From Octopus bimaculoides (Eukaryota): a stretch of 64,000 nt of DNA. Where the stretch lies: the NCBI RefSeq assembly GCF_001194135.2, contig NC_068996.1, positions 52,444,664 through 52,508,663 on the forward strand, in the 5' to 3' direction. A program made the translations under genes and the position numbers. Of this stretch, positions 13,180-24,454 are shown piece after piece (within the stretch, counting starts at the first letter, position 1; every line of letters starts with the position of its first letter). Under the pieces are notes generated by a model, which was given only the letters and a program-made list of their open reading frames with translations, ran no database searches and had not been told where the DNA came from.

Positions 13180-13677
13180 ATATGGGAAAGAAATACTGGA
13201 GGTGCAATTTTTTCCTCTCCAATTTGTATTCCACCTTCCAAAAACGATGGCCAAGAAATTATCATATGTGGATCACATAGTCATTATGTGTTTTGTTTTA
13301 CAATTGATGGAGAACTTTGTTGGAAAACAAATGTACATTCTAGAATCTATGCAAGACCCTCAATCCTGAAGAATCTACATTTATTAACTTTTAATTCTAA
13401 GAAGCCTTTGAATTTACCTGTAAAAAGACATTATCAATCATCAGTTCTTAGTGATGAAAATAATGAAAAGTCACAGAAATTAAATACCTGTAGTGAGGAT
13501 TTTAGTACTATCTTCTCAACTGATGGTAATTTGCATATTATTTGCATATCATGTGGTTGTGTATTGGGTGATTTCACTTTACCAGGAGAAGTGTTTTCTT
13601 CACCTCTTATTCTAGAGACAAACATTATTGTTGGATGCCGAGATGACTGTATTTATTGCTTAACAGTTACTGAATAA
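13180..13677 (+). CDS. AASDH: AASDH terminal coding exon (IWERNTGGAIFSSP...LPGEVFSSPLILETNIIVGCRDDCIYCLTVTE*)
   Basis: tattttcag| acceptor in frame with ORF 13162..13677. The LPGEVFSSP...GCRD ending is characteristic of AASDH. TAA stop. Confidence 0.93.
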   Translation: MWERNTGGAIFSSPICIPPSKNDGQEIIICGSHSHYVFCFTIDGELCWKTNVHSRIYARPSILKNLHLLTFNSKKPLNLPVKRHYQSSVLSDENNEKSQKLNTCSEDFSTIFSTDGNLHIICISCGCVLGDFTLPGEVFSSPLILETNIIVGCRDDCIYCLTVTE

Positions 13678-13755
13678 TAGTTTACCCCTCAACAAAAAAA
13701 TGAAATTGTAAATATATGTATATGTATATGTATATATATATATGTTTGTATTGTT

Positions 13756-13761
13756 AATAAA
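13756..13761 (+). terminator. Putative AASDH polyadenylation signal AATAAA
   Basis: First AATAAA about 80 nt after the stop codon, followed by a T-rich tract. Confidence 0.5.
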
Positions 13762-13861
13762 GTTTACCTCTTTTTGTTTGGAATGTTTTCTCTCACAATT
13801 TTCTGTTTTAGTTTTTTCTTTTTTTTAAAGTTGTTCTTGTTATTGTTACTACTACTACTGT

Positions 13862-14250
13862 GGAGGCGCAATGGCCCAGTGGTCAGAGCAGCGGACTCAT
13901 GGTCATAGGATCGCGGTTTCGATTCCCTGACCGGGCATTGTGAGTGTTTATTGAGCGAACACACCTAAAGCTCCACAAGGCTCCTGCAGGGGATGGTGGC
14001 GAACCCTGCTGTACTCTTTCACCACAACTTTCTCTCACTCTTACTTCCTGTTTCTGTTGTGCCTGTATTTCAAAGGGTCAGCCTTGTCACACTGTGTCAC
14101 GCTGAATATCCCTGTGAACTACGTTAAGAGTACACGTGTCTGTGGAGTGCTCAGCTACTTGCACGTTAATTTCACGAGCAGGCTGTTCCGTTGATCGGAT
14201 CAACTGGAACCCTCGACGTTGTAAGTGACGGAGTGCCAACAACAACAACT
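13862..14250 (+). mobile_element. tRNA-derived SINE, family A
   Basis: A box TGGCCCAGTGG, B box GTTTCGATTCCC, (CAA)n tail; near-identical copy at 46437. Confidence 0.88.
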
Positions 14251-14304
14251 ACTACTACTATGACTACTACTTCTACTGATGATGGCAGCGGCGACAGCAG
14301 CAGC

Positions 14305-14335
<31 letters not shown>

Positions 14336-14630
14336 TGTGGCATGTTGTTTTCAAAACAGAACAAATAATCTGTTTCATCAAATTATAGCTACATATTCAA
14401 GAAAGAAAACTAAATAAAAGAATCACACAAATTGGAAATAAAATACACTGCATTCTGCCTTTGAATATATCTATATACAAGTTTCTGCGTCTGGATACTG
14501 GCCTGAAGAAGTGAGTCCTCGCTCCCATCAATATATATACAACTGACCCTTTAGCATTCAGTTTAGTTTGTCAAAAGTAATGCTTATTAAGTCACTTTAT
14601 TTTAACTTAATCGCACATTATCTCATAACT

Positions 14631-14998
14631 CTTTTACTTGTTTCAGTCCTTTGACTGCGGCCATGCTGGAGCACCGCCTTTAGTTAAGCAAAAGGACTTA
14701 TTCTTTGTAAGCCTAGTACTTATTCTATCGGTCTCTTTTGCCGAACTGCTAAGTTATGGGTACGTAAACACACCAGCATCGGTTGTCAAGTGATGTTGGG
14801 GGGACAAACACAGACACACATACATATATATATATACGACAGGCTTCTTTCAGTTTCCGTCTACCAAATCCACTCACAAGGCTTTGGTTGGCCCAAGGCT
14901 ATAGTAGAAGGCACTTGCCCAAGGTGCCACGCAGTGGGACTGAACCCAGAACCATGTGGTTTGTAAGCAAGCTACTTACCACACAGCCACTCCTACAC
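14631..14998 (-). mobile_element. SINE family B copy nested in a TTAA MITE
   Basis: Reverse complement of family B; MITE halves at 14543-14630 and 15000-15137. Confidence 0.85.
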
Positions 14999-15213
14999 CT
15001 TCAAGATTTTTATGATCTGATTGCTTATGTTTGATATAGCATTGTAGGGTAGATGTGAGAGTTTAAATCTCAGTTTGAACATAAAACTTATAAAATATTT
15101 GGGCTGGATATGGATGGTTTAAATACTAAGAGAGTTAAATCATATCTTTGCCTTCTAATCCTAAAGAAACCTATTCTTCTTCAGGTCTAACCATAACCAA
15201 TTCCTTAAAAAAA

Positions 15214-15630
15214 AGGCGCAGGAGTGGCTGTGTGTTAAGTAGCTTGCTTACCAACCACATGGTTCGGTTCATTTCCACTGTGTGGCACCTTGGGCAAGTG
15301 TCTTCTACTATAGCCTCAGGCCAACCAAAGCCTTGTGAGTGGATTTGGTATACAGAAACTGAAAGAAGCCTGTCGTATATATGTATATGTATATATTATA
15401 TGTGTGTTTGTGATTCTGTGTTTGCCCCCCCCCCCCCAGCATCGCTTGATAACCGATGGTGGTGTGTTTATGTCCCCATAACTTAGCGGTTTGGCAAAAG
15501 AGATCAATAGAATAAGTACTAGGCTTACAAAAAATAAGTCCTGGGGTCGATTTGCTTGACTAAAAGGTGGTACTCCAGCATGGCCACAGTCAAATGACTG
15601 AAACAAGTAAAAATAAATAAATAAAAGAGA
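15214..15630 (+). mobile_element. SINE family B copy
   Basis: Collinear with 49455-49843. Confidence 0.85.
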
Positions 15631-17253
15631 GACAATAAAAAAATATCATCATTAGGTTCTTTATTTGTTGACCCACAAGGAACTAAAAAGTTGAATGCAG
15701 AGGGCAAAGGACTGCAAGGCATTTTATTTAACCTTTAGCATTCAGATTACTTTGTCAAATGTAATACTTAATAAGTATTACATTTGACAGCACCCACTAC
15801 ACTCTCAGAGTGGTTGGCGTTAGGAAGGGCATCCAGCTGTAGAAACTCTGCCAGATCAGAATGGAGCCTGGTGCAGCCATCTGGTCCACCAGTCCTCAAT
15901 CAAATCGTTCAACCCATGCTAGCATGGAAAGCGGACATTAAACGACGATGATGTTTCCAATTAACTGTGCATTATCTTGAAGCTTTGAGATTTCAAAGAT
16001 GGGATTGTTTATTTTTAGAATGACATTGTAGGGTAAGTGTGAGAGGCTGAATCTGGTTAGTTTAAACATAAAACAGGTAAAATATTTAGGCCAAATATGG
16101 CTGGATAAAATGCTAAGGGGTTAAAACTCTGATGAATCCACCAGTTCAGTTATGTGTGTGTGGGTATTATACAATCACACACACAATGTGTATGTATATG
16201 TGGCGGGAGGGAGAGAGAGAGGGATAACTTTGTTGAAAGAAAGAATACTCTCTTGGCTGATAGAAGCTAAAGTCAATGAAATAAACTATTTACTTAGAGT
16301 AATGTTTGTAAGAAAGAGAGAACATGTGTACAGGTGTGTTTATGACAGACTAAAAGATACTATTGACAGAATTGTTAGCATGTCAGGCAAAATGCTTAGT
16401 GGTATTTCATCCATCTATACATTCTGAGTTCAAATTCCACTAGTGTCAACTTTGCCTTTCACCCTCCTGGGCTCAATAGAATAAATACCAGTTGAACACT
16501 TGAGTAGATGTAATTGATTTACTCCCTCCCACAAAACTGCTGGTCTTGTGCCAAAATTTGAAACTATTACGACCTAGTGTTTTACTTATGATTGTGAGAT
16601 CATGGTTTCAATTCCTAGACCAGGCGTTATGTTGTGTTCTTGAGCAATACACTTCATTTCACACTGCTCTGCAATCACTTTGACACCTGACATGTGACAC
16701 ACTTGTGTATCTGTCCAATCAATGTTGATTTGATGAAGAAGAGAGTGAACTGATGTACAACACATACATTTGAATACTATAAACGCATCATTTGTGCAGG
16801 TTGTTTGGCAAAAGATGAACATTTATACATCGTCTTCACCAAGAAAGTCCATTATTATTATTATTATTATTGTGCAGTAGTTTTATTTTTATAATGTGCT
16901 TTCACTTCACTACCGAGCGCAGCTCTGTGTGCCTTGGGTATGTGCTGTGGTTTGCTGTGATGCAATGGGATCGACTGTCCCCCTCCTCACAAAATTCAGG
17001 CCTTGTGCCCGTAGTAGAAAGGATTATTATTAATAAGGCAGTGAGCTAGCAGAATCGTTAGCGTACAGGATGAAATACTAAGTGGTATTTTGCCCATCGC
17101 TACATTCTGAGTTCAAATTCCACCAAGATTGACTTTGCCTTTCATCCTTTCAGGGTCGATAAGATAAGTACCAGTTGAACACTGTGATCAATGTAATCGA
17201 CTCATCCCCTCCCTCAAAGCTGCTGCCCTTGTGGAAAAATTTTAAACCATTAA

Positions 17254-17486
17254 AGGCGGTGAGCTGGCAGAATCATTAGCATGCTGGACAAAATGCTTAG
17301 CAGTATCTCACCTGTCTCTATGTTCTGAGTTCAAATTCAGCTGAGGGCGACTTTGCCTTTTATCCTTTTGGGTTGATAAAATGGGTACAAGCTGAGCACT
17401 AGGGTCGATGTAATTGACTAGCCTCTCCCCGCGACCAAATTTCAGGCCTTGTGCCGATAGAAGAAAGGATTATTATTATTATTATT
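17254..17486 (+). mobile_element. tRNA-derived SINE, family C, with (ATT)n tail (representative)
   Basis: GGCGGTGAGCTGGCAGAATC head with GAGTTCAAATTC B-box-like motif. Copies at about 3757-3975(-), 16385, 17036, 27880(-), 35445, 42100-43100 (four), 49915 and 51165. Confidence 0.85.
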
Positions 17487-17700
17487 GTTCAGTAGTTTTA
17501 TTTTTATAACGTGCTTTCACTTCACTACCGAGCGCAGCTCTGTGCGCCTTGGGTATGTGCTGTGGTTTGCTGTGAGGCTCTTATGGTTACTGTATTGAAA
17601 GTGTTTTGTGTAGGATGTGTGCAGTGCCCAGTAGTGCAATTTTCTGTATGTTATATGTATTTGTAAGTCCTGGTGTTTTTGTTATGTATTTGTCTGAATA
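17487..17700 (-). mobile_element. R4/Dong-like element 3' end flanked by (ATT)n on both sides
   Basis: C-terminal IQKIALLGTAHILHKTL* plus 3' UTR; a second copy of the UTR lies at 16872-16963. Confidence 0.7.
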
Positions 17701-17749
<49 letters not shown>

Positions 17750-18039
17750 GTGTTTCTGTTTGCTTGGAATGACAAAATTATGTTTTACTCATATTTAGAA
17801 ATAAAAATGGTGGATTTTTCTAATAACTGGATAATTATAATTTTTCCTGTACATAAATAATCATTTCTGTGCTGTGTCTTGTGGACTTATTTTAGAAAGA
17901 TGGGAGGAATCTGTTTTTAATTTTTCTCCTTATTGTCTGGAAATAAAAAAAAGAGACAGTTTTTGTTTAACATTCAATCCAAAATGATAAGACATGAAGG
18001 CAATCCTCACTCAAAGAATAACTTCAGCAAAGGGGACCA

Positions 18040-19270
18040 AATACAGAAACTGTCAGCCCAAGCTAGCTGGACAGCAGTGTGGTTTCCATCCTGAACACAG
18101 CGCAACTGACCAGATGTTCACTCTGTTGCAGGTCTTAGAGAAATTATAAGAATACTGCCAAGAAGTGTACACTTGCTTTTTAGACCTCAAAATAGCATAT
18201 AACTGCATGTTGTGAAGAGTTTTACAGAAATTTGGGATTACTAGGCAACCTTTGGTTGCTATGAAGCCCCTAATATGAATGCCAGGTCTTTTTGTTCTGG
18301 TAAACCATGCTAAATGAAAACCTCCCAATATGGGTGTCATGCTTTGACAGGGGTATTCTCACCTGTCCCTTTTCAAATTTCTATGAACTAGATTGACTTA
18401 CACAAACCATTGTGGAAATGGTATCACAATCGGTGTATGTAGGATCGGTCGGCTGATATTTAAAGGCGACAAGGTGTTACTTGGTTCATCAGAAGATGAT
18501 CTCAAGCATACATTGAATGGGTTCGAGATGCCAAGTGCTGCAAAGCAGGGATGAGAATTAATATTGCAAAGACTAAGACATTGGTCCTCTCAAGAAAGTC
18601 TTCCCAGTGCATTACAGGTATGTTAGTGGAACACTACTAAGACAAGTGGAGAAGTTTCAATATCTTGGAGCCTTATTTATGAGTGATTGAAAGTAGGAGG
18701 TGGAATTGGATGCTAGAATTGTAGGTTCTGGCACAGTTATATACCAGTTCCAGTGTTTGAACCTCAGAAGAGGAGAGGCTCATAAAAAATGCCAAACTTG
18801 CTACCTTCAATTCAGTTTTCATGCCTATCCTCACCAATGGTCATGAATGTTGGACAAATGACCAAAAGAGTAAGACTAAAAATACAATTGCTGAAATGGA
18901 GTTCCTCCAAAGTGTCTCTGAAACAACATTACTTGACAGGATACTTAGAGATCAGGTCATTTTTCCAGATTGAGCTACTAATTCTCTGCATTAAGAAGTC
19001 ACAGCTCCGGTGCTACAGATGTAATTAGAATGTCACAGGAAAGAACTGCAAGATGGATTCTTCACGCCAAGCCAAGTGGCAGGAGACCTAAATGTAGACC
19101 AAGAACAAGATGGTTTGATAATATCCATAGACTTAGTTGGCCACAATTGGAAAGTATAATGATATTTGCTTCTGATAAAATTCCATGGAATTCTGATAGA
19201 ACTCCATAGAGTCCTATTGGAATTCTATCTCCATGATCCTTCCAAGAATAGTGGACAGAGAAGACAGATG
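18040..19270 (+). mobile_element. Decayed RTE-like LINE (RT to C-terminus)
   Basis: FLDLKIAY-like motif near 18178; C-terminal KPSGRRPKCRPRTRW near 19070-19115; many stops and frameshifts. Confidence 0.7.
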
Positions 19271-19299
19271 AATTGATGAAACTTATTCAGACATGCAAA

Positions 19300-20000
19300 T
19301 GGAAAAGAATATATTGAAATATTTAGAAAGGAAATATTAAAAAATTTCAAGAGAAAAACTAGCACCTTAATTGGAATCAATTAAAAATATATAAATGAAG
19401 AAAATTATGAACTTATTTAGAATTTATATATTAAATTCTAAATATTTATTATATTAAAAGTTTTTAATGGAATAAAGTTTTTAATTGAATATATATTAAA
19501 AGTTTTTAATGGAATAAAGAAAATTAGCATTGTATATAGAATTTAAAGTGTTAAAAATTGAAAAAAAATCAACTTTTTAAAAATTCAAACAGTTAAAACT
19601 TTCTGTTATAATTTACTGTTAGAAATTACTTGTAAAATTTATGAGATTTTTAAGAATTTAGAGTGTTAAAATTTAAATACAAATAAAATTTATCAACTTA
19701 TTTAGAATTTAAATGTTAAAAAGTTTATTAGAATTAAAAAAATAATGAACGTTTTAGAAATCAGCTTATTTAGATTTTAAAAGGGTTAAAAATCCAAATG
19801 AATAAAAAATATAAAATTATTTAGAATTTAATGTGATAAAAGTTTCAATGAAAAATGATCAATTAGTTTAGAATTTAAAATGTTAACAATTTTAAACAGA
19901 ATAAAACTTCAACTTCTTTGGAATTTAACATGTTAGAAATTTGTTTTATGATTAAGTTTAGATACAAACAAAATAGTCTAGAAACTACTAGGCTATTTAA
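19300..20000. repeat. Extremely AT-rich degenerate tandem repeat
   Basis: Recurrent AACTTATTTAGAATTTAAA(A/G)TGTTAAAA-like motif at roughly 50-60 bp spacing. Confidence 0.65.
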
Positions 20001-20149
20001 ATTGGTAGAATTCAGATGTTTGGATAATTGCATTTCTCAGCACAATTTTACATTCACGTAACAGAGTTTTCTGCAGCTATACTTTAAAAAAAATTTAATA
20101 GTTTCAGTCATGAGGAAAGGTCTGCCTCATGACCTTTACCAAATCCTCC

Positions 20150-21040
20150 AAGAATGGTAAGACTGGTGCAGTTTATTTTCAGCTTAAATAGTTGTAAGTT
20201 GATACCTGTAGGAATAAAAAAAACATGGGTGAGAGTGCTGATGTTTTATGGCAGAACTGGGGAAGTGTTTTGTGCAAAGTAGGAAGATGGTAAATAGAAA
20301 ATGAGTGAATGCAATGTGGTGAAGTGTGTTGGGAGGGGTTTGGGTGGAAGGAATATGAAAGTGTGAAGAATAGAGATCCTTGTAGTTGTGTTAGAAAAAT
20401 CAGAATGACAAGACAGAACAGCTGTGGGTCTAGGACTAGGGTTAGAGTAAAATGGTGAGTGAGTCCTTGCTAATCAACTGGATGGCCTTCATTTAGATGC
20501 TACCTGGGATATTTGCTTGTGTAGCAGTAATACTATTCCAAATATGGGAGCAGTTTTCCATTGTGGGTCTTGGTTGATCTTTGTAAAGAAACAAGACCTG
20601 TTTGGAAACTGAATTGACTTCTGCTTTTTGAAGAGGAAGCTCATTGATGATTAGGAAGTGACTGGATAATCCAAACATGCAGAGTCAGTGATGGATTAAC
20701 TGATTTTGGAGATGAGGAAGTGCTCTCAGATATTTGGTCTTTATATCAGTTAGGGATGTGGGTAGAGGATCCAAATTACTGCAGAGTGTTGAAGATTGCA
20801 AAAGATTCCTCTTCTGCACCAACTGCATCAATGTGGAAGGAATGAAAGAGCCAAGAAGAGTTGAAATCACCAAAGACAATGATTTCAAAGAGAGGTAATA
20901 TGTGGTGGATGCCCTTAATGCAGTAGGACAAAAGACAAACAGTTTTTGGTTGCTAGAGAAGTGAGAGAGATGGAGAGGAAGCTGTGACTTTTCATGAGAT
21001 TAACTGAAAGTCCTTAGAGAAAGTAGAGTTTATATATATA
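20150..21040 (-). mobile_element. Decayed CR1/L2/Jockey-group LINE 3' portion
   Basis: LYKDQPRPTMENCSHIW and GSFIPSTLMQLVQ in minus-strand ORFs 20493..20888. Confidence 0.6.
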
Positions 21041-21726
21041 CAGACACCACCTTTCAGAATGTAGTCTGGGCAGTAGAGATGGGCTATTAGTAAGGGCAGA
21101 ACAGCTCATGTGGTTTGCACTATTGTTATTTAACACTGAATCAGTTTTGCCTGAACAGATTTCTAATCTGCTCAATCATGACCACGTCTTGTTTTCAAGA
21201 TTTTTTTCTAGGATTGCGTCTTTCTTCTCTTAAACAGTAGAATGTGATTTGAGGGCTATTTGGCTAATATTTCAAGGCAATCCAGCAACTACATAAAGGT
21301 GTATGGGTGCCATATCTAAGGTAGCAGCTGTAGTGAGGTTGTCTTATTGGACTCAGGGGTAAGTGATCCCTGATGAATCTATGAAAGGCAAAACTAGTTA
21401 GACGACCTTCACTTTTAATTGCTTAATTTCCTGTGGTTTATCCACAGGTTATTTTCTCACAAGTGAAACAAATGATTACAGGTAAGTTCACCGTGATGAA
21501 AGTTTACCAAGAAAATATATCCATAATACCTCACCATTAATAGTTAAAAACTATTTTATTGAGAAAAGGAATGGTGAATTGATGACAATGAATTTTCCTT
21601 GTGGTAAACTGATGACGGTGAACTTTCCCTGTGGTGAATTGATGACAATGACCATATCAGACATGGAAGCAAATATATATTTGTTAAACATATTGCATAG
21701 GATTTCCATATTTATTTTTTATAATT

Positions 21727-22994
21727 ACTTTGAGGGTCAGCTGAAAAGTTCACAGGCTGACCGAGATACTCACATGGAATGTGACCGAATGAGATTTATT
21801 TTTCAACATTGTCCCCCTTGTGTTCACACACAGCTTCCATCACTGTTGCAGTACTTGCATCCCATTGGTGAAGAAGCCTTCATCCTGTTGGTCAAAAACA
21901 GTCATCAACAGTAGATATGACATTATCATCATCACTGCGATATTTGTTCCCAGCCAAGTGTTTTTTCATGTTGCAGAACAGATGATAGTCAGATGGGGCC
22001 AAATCAAAATAATAAGGGAGGGTGAAAATCAGTTCAAAGCCACAGTCACAAACAGAAGCCACTGAAACCGAAGACTTGCATGCTGGAGTATTGTTCTGAT
22101 GGAGTAAGACTCCTTACATCAGTTTTCTTAGGCATTTGGTCTTGATGGTGTTTCATAACTACCTCAGCAACTTGGTATAGTTCTCTCCATTAATGATGTG
22201 GTTCTTTTGAAAGAAGTCAATAAACACAATGCCTTTTGCATCAACAAAAAACTGAGATCATCTTTCCTGCAGATAAATTAATTTGGCCTTTTTTGGAGCA
22301 GGTGAGGAGGGATGTTTCCACTGCATGGATTGTTTCTTTGTCTCTGGCTCAAAGTAATGAAACCAACACTTGTCCTGGCTTAAGAAACATTCAAGGAAAT
22401 CAGCTGGATCTGCCCCATGATGTAATCAGCCTGGTGTGCTTTTATCAGGTGTCAGAGGACAGGGCACCCACCCTTTGTCATGCAAAGTTCATTGTGCAGA
22501 ATATTCTCAACTCTTTCATGGGATATGTTCATAGCATTAGCTATTTGATTTATAGTCAATCTCCTGTCGTCCATCATCATGTGGTGAGCACAATCAATGT
22601 TTTCCTCGGTGGAAGGAGTTGCAGTACGTCCAGAACTTGGGCCATATTCAAGATCCTCTGTTCTCCTCCTAAATTCAGCTGCCCACTTTTGAACTGTTGA
22701 TAAAGCTGGAGCATCATCCCCTAATGTAGCAATCACATCAGCATGAATGTCCTTGGGGGCTAAACCCTTTTGCTGCATGCACTTAATAACACTACAATGC
22801 CAGATTCTGTCCATTCTTAAGAGAAATCACTATTAGTTACTTTTGAAGTTTTCTTTGAACAGTTAGATATCAAATTATCTGTAAAGAAACAATGCAGTTA
22901 TTAATAAGAAGAATTGAAATTAATGTATGCAAGATTTCACAGCTCTAGCATCACTCCTTCATAGTCAGCTTATGAACTTTTCAGCCCACCTCAT
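21727..22994 (-). mobile_element. Near full-length (about 1.27 kb) decayed mariner
   Basis: TIR pair sharing GCTGAAAAGTTCA; ORF 22452..22814 is a transposase HTH region; frameshifted WVP, DK(C)WFHYFEP and DLAPSDYHL motifs. Confidence 0.92.
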
Positions 22995-23245
22995 ATATAT
23001 CTATGTCTGTCTGTCTGGGGCAAACAAAAGCGAAATCATGATGGCACCTGTGCCCAGTGTCGCCTTCCTGGCACTTGTGCTGGTGGCACGTGTAAAGACA
23101 TTCAAGCAAGATCATTGCCAGTGCCGCTGGACTGGCTCCTGTGCAGGTGGCATGTAAAAGCACCCACTACACTCTTGGAGTGGTTGACGTTAGGAAGGGT
23201 ATCCAGCTGTAGAAACTCTGCCAAATCAGATTGGAGCCTGGTGTA

Positions 23246-24048
23246 NNNNNNNNNNNNNNNNNNNNNNNNNNNNNNNNNNNNNNNNNNNNNNNNNNNNNNN
23301 NNNNNNNNNNNNNNNNNNNNNNNNNNNNNNNNNNNNNNNNNNNNNNNNNNNNNNNNNNNNNNNNNNNNNNNNNNNNNNNNNNNNNNNNNNNNNNNNNNNN
23401 NNNNNNNNNNNNNNNNNNNNNNNNNNNNNNNNNNNNNNNNNNNNNNNNNNNNNNNNNNNNNNNNNNNNNNNNNNNNNNNNNNNNNNNNNNNNNNNNNNNN
23501 NNNNNNNNNNNNNNNNNNNNNNNNNNNNNNNNNNNNNNNNNNNNNNNNNNNNNNNNNNNNNNNNNNNNNNNNNNNNNNNNNNNNNNNNNNNNNNNNNNNN
23601 NNNNNNNNNNNNNNNNNNNNNNNNNNNNNNNNNNNNNNNNNNNNNNNNNNNNNNNNNNNNNNNNNNNNNNNNNNNNNNNNNNNNNNNNNNNNNNNNNNNN
23701 NNNNNNNNNNNNNNNNNNNNNNNNNNNNNNNNNNNNNNNNNNNNNNNNNNNNNNNNNNNNNNNNNNNNNNNNNNNNNNNNNNNNNNNNNNNNNNNNNNNN
23801 NNNNNNNNNNNNNNNNNNNNNNNNNNNNNNNNNNNNNNNNNNNNNNNNNNNNNNNNNNNNNNNNNNNNNNNNNNNNNNNNNNNNNNNNNNNNNNNNNNNN
23901 NNNNNNNNNNNNNNNNNNNNNNNNNNNNNNNNNNNNNNNNNNNNNNNNNNNNNNNNNNNNNNNNNNNNNNNNNNNNNNNNNNNNNNNNNNNNNNNNNNNN
24001 NNNNNNNNNNNNNNNNNNNNNNNNNNNNNNNNNNNNNNNNNNNNNNNC
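23246..24048. other. Assembly gap (N-run)
   Basis: Other N-runs at about 3548, 6178-6222, 12586-12744, 38855-39009 and 60661-60670. Confidence 0.99.
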
Positions 24049-24206
24049 ATTTCATTTCACATTGCTCCAGCCCCCCGCCCCTTTTGATCAGGAGAGGAAT
24101 ATTGACTTGCTCACTTAGCCAGTGGGGTGGCGCCATTTCAAGACTAATATGATGCAAAGTGCATAGTGACCAGTGATGTGTAACAACATTTGATAGTATG
24201 GTCAGT

Positions 24207-24259
<53 letters not shown>

Positions 24260-24384
24260 CATACATATACACAGTAATACCTCACTTTACAAGGACCTGC
24301 TTTATGAGCTTTATTTTCTGTTTACAAGTTTTCACTCTACAAGTGTTCTCCGGGAACAAATAAGCTCACACATTGAGGCATTAC

Positions 24385-24426
<42 letters not shown>

Positions 24427-24454
24427 AAAAGCTATTGAATGTGGAGAACGAATG

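Noticed and set aside
13862-13935. tRNA-like sequence with A and B boxes (also 46437, 49455)
   Set aside because: Continues into SINE bodies present in multiple copies; not tRNA genes.
23102-24157. Longest ORFs in the track (274-351 aa)
   Set aside because: They read through an N-gap; artefacts. The same applies to the ORFs at 12528-12827 and 38592-39051.
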